Source: Candidatus Mycoplasma haematobovis (GTDB lineage: Bacteria; Bacillota_I; Bacilli_A; Mycoplasmatales; Mycoplasmoidaceae). From it: 24,000 nucleotides of DNA. A model generated the notes under the pieces. The model was not told where the DNA came from, did not search any database, and saw only the letters and a program-made list of their open reading frames with translations. The position numbers and the translations under genes were made by a program. Below, in pieces: positions 18,417 to 24,000 of this stretch. The stretch is from contig NZ_LWUJ01000012.1 of NCBI RefSeq assembly GCF_001645765.1, forward strand, positions 147,020 through 171,019, read 5' to 3'. Position 1 is the stretch's first letter, and every line of letters begins with the position of its first letter.

Positions 18417-19229
18417 TTAATTTGCTTTGTCCATCGCTACATAGTAATAGTGAATATAGTTCATTAATTCAATATCGTCAGAAAGAGCTTCTCCTTGTTG
18501 TCTTAAATTAAGTCCAGGCAACTTATCTCTATAGAATATTTTTCCTACTCCTCTTTTGTAAATAATAGCTGTAGGAGTACCGCCAGCATTATCTCCAAAT
18601 CTTTCTCTAGCTGCTTTAAATACCTTCCTAAACTCTATAGCAGACTTATCATTTCTCTTGTATTCTCCTTTAATTCTTCCTTTATTTAAATCAGTAGTAT
18701 CTCATGTACTTCAAGGCAATACTCATAAATCATCATTAGTTGTATACTTAGTTACTTCTGGCACATCTTCATACATTAAGAATTTAATATTCTTACTCTT
18801 TAAAGCTTCATTAGTGCGAGTATATTTGTAGGCCTTCATAAAGGCCCCATCACTCATTTTGTCCCTCTTTAAATAAAGATTACCTCTCGATAATTCTTCA
18901 TTACCAAATAAGAAACCAGTACAGTGAGGACACGCTTCAGAACCATAATAGATTACATAATCACCGTTATTGTACCTAGTAGTACCATTAATTAATTCTT
19001 TGTAGGAATAATTAACTTTCTCAATCTCTTCAAATTTTTTTCCATCCATACAAGTATCTGCATTATTTGCATTACAGCCTGATACACTATTTGGTTCAGG
19101 TACTACTCTTAACAAATAAGCACTTTCATCTGGTCTAAGATTAGTAATAGCCATAACACCAACTATTCCTGTTCCTCCAGCCCCCATTAAAATATTCTTT
19201 AGTAAATTAGGATTATCCAGTATTGACAT
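18417..19229 (-). CDS. Membrane-anchored thioredoxin-fold-like protein with CPHC motif (270 aa)
   Basis: ORF 18723-19229 extends across three in-frame TGA codons to TAA (18417-18419). N-terminal TM ILMGAGGTGIVGVMAI. Motif YYGSEACPHCTGF. Confidence 0.6.
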
Positions 19230-19257
19230 ATATTTGTGCTAATATTAATAGATAATT

Positions 19258-19746
19258 ATGAATAAGTTGGAAGTAATTCTTGAGATTTCTAAAGGTTCAA
19301 GACTTAAATACGAAATAAACAAAGAAACAGGAAAATTATCCTTAGATAGGGTGTTACATGGTTCTAATGTATACCCACAAAATTATGGTTATATAGAGAA
19401 AACATTAGATCACGATGGAGATCCATTAGATGCATTAGTTATTTCTTCTGAATCTCTTATTCCTAATACGGTAGTTCCAACAAGAATATTAGGAGCTATG
19501 AAAATGATAGATGCAGGAGATAGAGATACTAAGTTATTAGGAGTAGTTGATGTAGATCCTAGATATAGTGAATTTCAAGATTTAAATGATATTCCTAAAG
19601 CTATTCTTGCAGAAATCAAAGATTTCTTTACTAATTACAAAAAGCTGGAAAATAAAGCAGTTGAAGTACAAGAATTTATAGATAAAGAGGGAGCTTTAAA
19701 GGTATTAGCGGAATGTAGAGATCTTTATAAAAAAAGTATCTATTAA
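19258..19746 (+). CDS. ppa: Inorganic pyrophosphatase (family I)
   Basis: EISKGSRLKYE, YPQNYGYIEKTLDHDGDPLDALV, MIDAGDRDTKLL. 162 aa. Confidence 0.9.
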   Translation: MNKLEVILEISKGSRLKYEINKETGKLSLDRVLHGSNVYPQNYGYIEKTLDHDGDPLDALVISSESLIPNTVVPTRILGAMKMIDAGDRDTKLLGVVDVDPRYSEFQDLNDIPKAILAEIKDFFTNYKKLENKAVEVQEFIDKEGALKVLAECRDLYKKSIY

Positions 19747-19749
19747 AAC

Positions 19750-19825
19750 TGGCACACCTGATAGGATTCGAACCTACAGCCTTTTGATCCGAAGTCAAAT
19801 GCTCTATCCGTTGAGCTACAGGTGC
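19750..19825 (-). tRNA. trnR: tRNA-Arg (anticodon UCG), CCA encoded
   Basis: Reverse complement GCACCTGTAGCTCAACGGATAGAGCATTTGACTTCGGATCAAAAGGCTGTAGGTTCGAATCCTATCAGGTGTGCCA folds as a cloverleaf. Anticodon stem TTTGA/TCAAA with loop CTTCGGA. T-arm GGTTCGAATCC. Confidence 0.9.
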
Positions 19826-19850
19826 ATATAACTTAAAATAATATTAATAT

Positions 19851-20573
19851 ATGGAAAAGCAACTGATTTATCCAGATGTTAACTCTTGGCTATCAGAAGC
19901 TTTAGTAGATTTTTTTAAATCTTTTAGAAATGAAGAGAATTTAACTCTTTGAGATGCACTCAAAGAATATGTTGGCTATCATAATGGTGAATGTGCCTTT
20001 TTAGGTAAAGAATACGAAGGAGAATTAGAACTATATCCACAAGTTGTGTATTATCCAGATACTAAAGTAGCTGTTCTAGATAGATTATTCTTTGTCTCTC
20101 CAGAACCTGAAACTATTATTAAGCATGATTACTTATCACCTAAAAAAGAAAAAATAATAAGTAGGAGTAATATTCTTAGTTTCTTTTTTTCTAGTAAGAC
20201 ACAAGTAAAGCCAATAGAGGAATATCCTATGTTGGAATTTATGGTATTACATAATAGTATTGAGCCTGCTTCAGCTAAAGAAAGACTATTAAAAACTTCT
20301 TATGAAAGACATCATCAAAAAAAGCTATTTGTACTTAAGAATGAAGCAGAAGGAATTAGATACAAAAGCATAAATATTACTAAGATTGAATTTGATTTAA
20401 CTTTTTTAGAATATTGCTCATTTCTTAATGCAGTAAGGTATGCTTCCTTTAAGCAATTACTACCACCTAATTTAAAGTTAAAAATAGCTGTAAAAATGGA
20501 CTTTGATATACCTGACTTACCAAAACACTTAATTAAACATCAAATGCTAGATATTTCAATACTTAAAGAATAA
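19851..20573 (+). CDS. Hypothetical protein (240 aa)
   Basis: ATG at 19851 is in frame with ORF 20046-20573 across one TGA. Its stop overlaps the trxA start (TAATG). I recognised no motifs. Confidence 0.6.
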
Positions 20574-20896
20574 TGGTTAAAGCAAGACAAGCACTAATTA
20601 AAGAAGAAATAGTTGAAGCTTTACAAGAAAAAGAAGCTGTATTACTAATGCTTAGCACTACTATGTGTCCTCCTTGTAAACATTTAACACCTATATTTTT
20701 TGAAATAGCAGAAGGTTATCCAAATATTACTTTCATTAAAGCTAATTTAGATGAAGTACCTGAAATTAATCAAATAGTAAGTACTGGTAGTGTTCCTACA
20801 CTTGTATTCTACAAAAAAGGTATTGAAGTATATAGAACATTAGGCTTTATGGAAGGATCAAAATTAAGAGCTTTAATTGAAAGGCATTTGCAGTAA
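20573..20896 (+). CDS. trxA: Thioredoxin-family protein with atypical CPPC active site
   Basis: 107 aa. LMLSTTMCPPCKHLTPIF...VPTLVFYKKG matches the thioredoxin fold pattern. The usual WCGPC motif is replaced by MCPPC. Confidence 0.8.
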   Translation: MVKARQALIKEEIVEALQEKEAVLLMLSTTMCPPCKHLTPIFFEIAEGYPNITFIKANLDEVPEINQIVSTGSVPTLVFYKKGIEVYRTLGFMEGSKLRALIERHLQ

Positions 20897-21936
20897 TGTT
20901 TTTGGCATTGCTGCAAGACAATGCTATTAATGATAAACATGTCACCTCTGTTTATGCATTAATAGTAAGTACTTTTTTTGCTGTATTACTAGGAAAGAAA
21001 CTCTACTATAGATTTACTACTAATCAAGAATACATAATACTACCTAGATTACAAACTAATGGTATTTCAAGTGTCTCAATGATTACTGCAATGAATATTG
21101 CATTAATTATTACTATTTCAATGTTATCCAATCAAATGATGGGATGACTATTCAAGATTTATCCAGGAGCCCGTTTCTTAGTTGAGAATATTCTTATCAA
21201 AATAGGAGGCATTCTATTTGGCCCCATAATAGGAGCTTTCATAGGATTTAGTACTGACTTATTAACAGTTATTCTTACTTCTTCTGTATTGAATTATGGT
21301 TATTTTGTCTCTGCCATTATGAATGGTTTCTTAGGTGGTCTTATTAATTTACTTATTCGTATGAAAGATCCTAAGAAATATCAACCAGCTGGTTTAGCAG
21401 CTGCTATGGCTATAGGAAGTCTTATTTACTTAGGTATCTTACTATTTTCAAATCATGGAGGCGATTCTCTATATAGAGTGCAATTTCTCTCCCTCTCCTT
21501 CTCTTTACCTTGATCTCTAATCTTTATTTTTGTAACATTTATGCTCTCAATAGCTCTAACATATTTATGAATTTCTGTATTAGCTGTTAATCGTGTTAAT
21601 GAAGAAGAATTTAAAGATGTAGCATGAGTACATAAATATGCTAAGTTATATGAATTCTTTCTTATTTTTGTAGTTAACTGTGCTATTTATTTAATAGTAG
21701 ATATTATTGCTTTACCACTCTTTGATATTAAGCTTTCTGCTCTTCCTTATGAACAATTCTTAGTAGCAAGAATTGTTACTTCAATTCCTTCAGTAATACT
21801 CTTCACTAATATTATTTGGTATATATACCAATTACATAACGATATTAGAGGTAATTTAGCTACTCAAAAGAATCCAACTTGAGGACTTATGCCTATAAAG
21901 AAAAAAGAGAAGAGAGTATTACCAGTATTACTCTAA
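20896..21936 (+). CDS. Multi-pass membrane protein, ECF-transporter S-component-like
   Basis: ORFs 20896-21147 and 21289-21513 are in one frame and extend across TGA codons to TAA at 21934-21936 (346 aa). Several hydrophobic segments. IKIGGILFGPIIGAFIGFSTDLL resembles ECF S components. Confidence 0.6.
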
Positions 21937-21937
21937 T

Positions 21938-24000
21938 ATGTCTTGTGCTGAATTAATCTTCTTATTACTTTCACATAAGAAATCATTACTTAAATTTGTA
22001 TTAGGTAGCTCTATTACTTATGGTGCTTATCTCGGAGCCATAAAGCCCTCTCTTTCTAATTCCATAAGAAAAGTAGAAGGGGCTAATATACAACAAGGTA
22101 AATATAGAGATTCTATAAAGCTCACTAAAGCTCACTAAAGCTCCTATACCTCAAGTGCATAATGCACTTGAATTAAATACATTAAAGAATTTAGATCAAA
22201 ATAAATATAGATTTCATCCTTCTTTAACTAAGTACTTAAATAAGAAAGATATCTTTGAAAAACAGAAATTTAGTTTATGAAAAGCTAATAATGGAAAGAT
22301 TAAAGCAGCTATTTCTAGTGAAGCATATTGTTTATCTTGTGCAACTCTTTCAGATAGAGAATTAATTTATGGAGATACTTATTTTTCTGAAAAAGTAAGA
22401 GAACTTAAAGAAGAGGAATTAGTACAAGATATTTTGTGGTCTTTATGAGAAGAATCAAAATACAATGATACTTTAATACATACTGAGAGCATTAAAGTAG
22501 ATTTACAGTTAAATAAAGATAACAAAATAACAGAAGTTAAACAATTCTCTATTTCATTCAAAGTATCTAATTTAAGCGGAAGAAAAGCACAAGTATTTAG
22601 ATCTATTGATTTAGACCCACATACTCAAACAGAAGTAAATATATTACTAAATAATGCAGAATTAAAAGTAGCACCTGTTGCCGCAGGTATACATGGTCTT
22701 AAATATAGTTCTTGAAATTTATTTCCCAAAAATGACCAATGAAAAGTAGTAAAGAATATTCAACAACCTAATAAACAAACAATTACCTCTACTCATTTTT
22801 CTTTGCAATTAATTTATGGTTCCAGTAGATTCATTCCACACTCTATCTCTCGTGATGAGAAGTTGTATTCTATGTGAATGAAAACAGCTTTCAATACTAT
22901 TGACTATGGCTATATTAAAGATAAATTAACACCTTATTTAACTCGAATAACAGAACAACAAGTTAAAGAAGATATAGAGAGTTGATATGGAGGATATGTT
23001 GCTTATTTAATAAGAACAAGAATAGAGGATATTCAGAATCTTATTGATTTAATGCAAAAGAAAACTATAGAGAATGATAAAGGAATTAAAGAATCCATAT
23101 TTGAACAAGTATTAAATAATTATCAATTCAGAAATAATCTATATCATCACTTTAGACTTAATGATACTTACAAACAAGTACTTAATAAGTTATTAACTAA
23201 TGATAAGAATTCAACAGGTGGAATAAGAATAACAATTGAAGAAGTAATAGGTTTATTAAAGAGTTGAATTTATCAATTAAAGCAAATTCAAGATTCAATT
23301 AGAGTTGAAATTAAGTGAATCGAAACACCTAGAAGAGTTTATTCCCAAGCAGGACAAAGTGGAGATTTTCCTAATTTTGCCTTTAGTTTTGAACAGAAAA
23401 TTATTTGAACTAAAGAAATGAAAATACCTTTGAAAGGTGTATGGAATATTAGTGAAAATAAATATGAAGAGTTAAAACAACAACAAACAGAAAGTGGTAA
23501 GTACAAATTTGATCTTACAAATAAATTAATAAATCTTAAAGAGGTATTAACTCCTTTAACTGGCTTAATATCTGGAATTAATGGAGGTAAGTTTGGGGAT
23601 ATTGATATTATGAATAGCTTAATTCCTGATGTTGGTAAATTTATTGGATTAGAGTCACTAAAGATTAATAAAGACGAAGCAATTACTTACACTTATAAAA
23701 CTAATGGAACACCTTTAACTTTAGCACTAGATGAAACATCAGATTTACAGGGTAAATTATTTCCAAGAATGAGTATAGGATGAAAAGCTTTAGATGTTAG
23801 TGCAGGTTTAGATTTATCTAAATTTACACAACTTTTCTATTCAATCTATGAGAAATTTGATTTAGGTTCAGAAAAAGATAATCCTTTAAGCTACAACGAT
23901 TTATTTCAACTTGAAGCAAAATTAAATCAAAGCCCTATTACTTTCATTGCTCATGCTATTAACTCTATATTTGATGAGAATTACAAAAAAAGTCACAGAA
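21938..24000 (+). pseudogene. Large putative surface or membrane-anchored protein gene split by a 10-bp tandem duplication; 3' end outside window
   Basis: A 66-codon N-terminal fragment with hydrophobic anchor (SLLKFVLGSSITYGAYLGAI) ends at TAA 22136-22138. The main frame is open from 22119 to 24000 (only TGA codons). Removing one 10-bp repeat unit fuses the two frames exactly. Confidence 0.7.
22117..22143 (+). repeat. Tandem 10-mer AAAGCTCACT x2 plus partial AAAGCTC
   Basis: Read directly: ttctat-AAAGCTCACT-AAAGCTCACT-AAAGCTC-ct. Confidence 0.95.

Noticed and set aside
1-24000. Reading the many short TGA-terminated ORFs as a field of pseudogene fragments
   Set aside because: Adjacent fragments are consistently in the same frame and rebuild full-length conserved proteins (GlyRS, DnaG, RsmH, helicases). 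One TGA aligns with a TGG in a paralog. Genetic code 4 explains the pattern.
1-24000. CRISPR arrays, IS elements, transposase/integrase genes, rRNA genes
   Set aside because: I found no regularly spaced direct repeats with unique spacers, no DDE or tyrosine/serine recombinase-like ORFs, and no rRNA-like conserved stretches on either strand.

Overview
AT-rich chromosomal segment that must be read with translation table 4 (TGA = Trp, Mollicutes/Mycoplasma-like). Most ORFs in the six-frame track are fragments that fuse across in-frame TGA codons. No database search was possible; all calls rest on motifs read by eye. Housekeeping genes: rpsT-rpsU, the glyQS-dnaG operon, divergent mraZ-rsmH with MraZ operator repeats, ppa, tRNA-Arg(UCG), trxA and an ECF-S-like membrane protein. 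The unusual content has three parts. (1) Nt 1-6505 hold two closely related UvrD/PcrA-type SF1 helicase paralogs with acidic tails. Between them lies a single 1033-codon ORF that appears to consist of five degenerate, catalytically dead copies of helicase half-domains, and it ends 6 nt before the second helicase. That second helicase needs a -1 shift at an A6 tract. (2) Nt 13676-18416 hold a third helicase paralog, a small membrane ORF, a divergent type II R-M pair (C5-MTase plus a PD-(D/E)xK-like nuclease), a strong hairpin and decayed DNA. This block sits directly after rsmH, where dcw genes usually continue. (3) A large putative surface-protein gene (21938 to beyond 24000) is split by a 10-bp tandem duplication. 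I saw no rRNA, CRISPR array, transposase or integrase.
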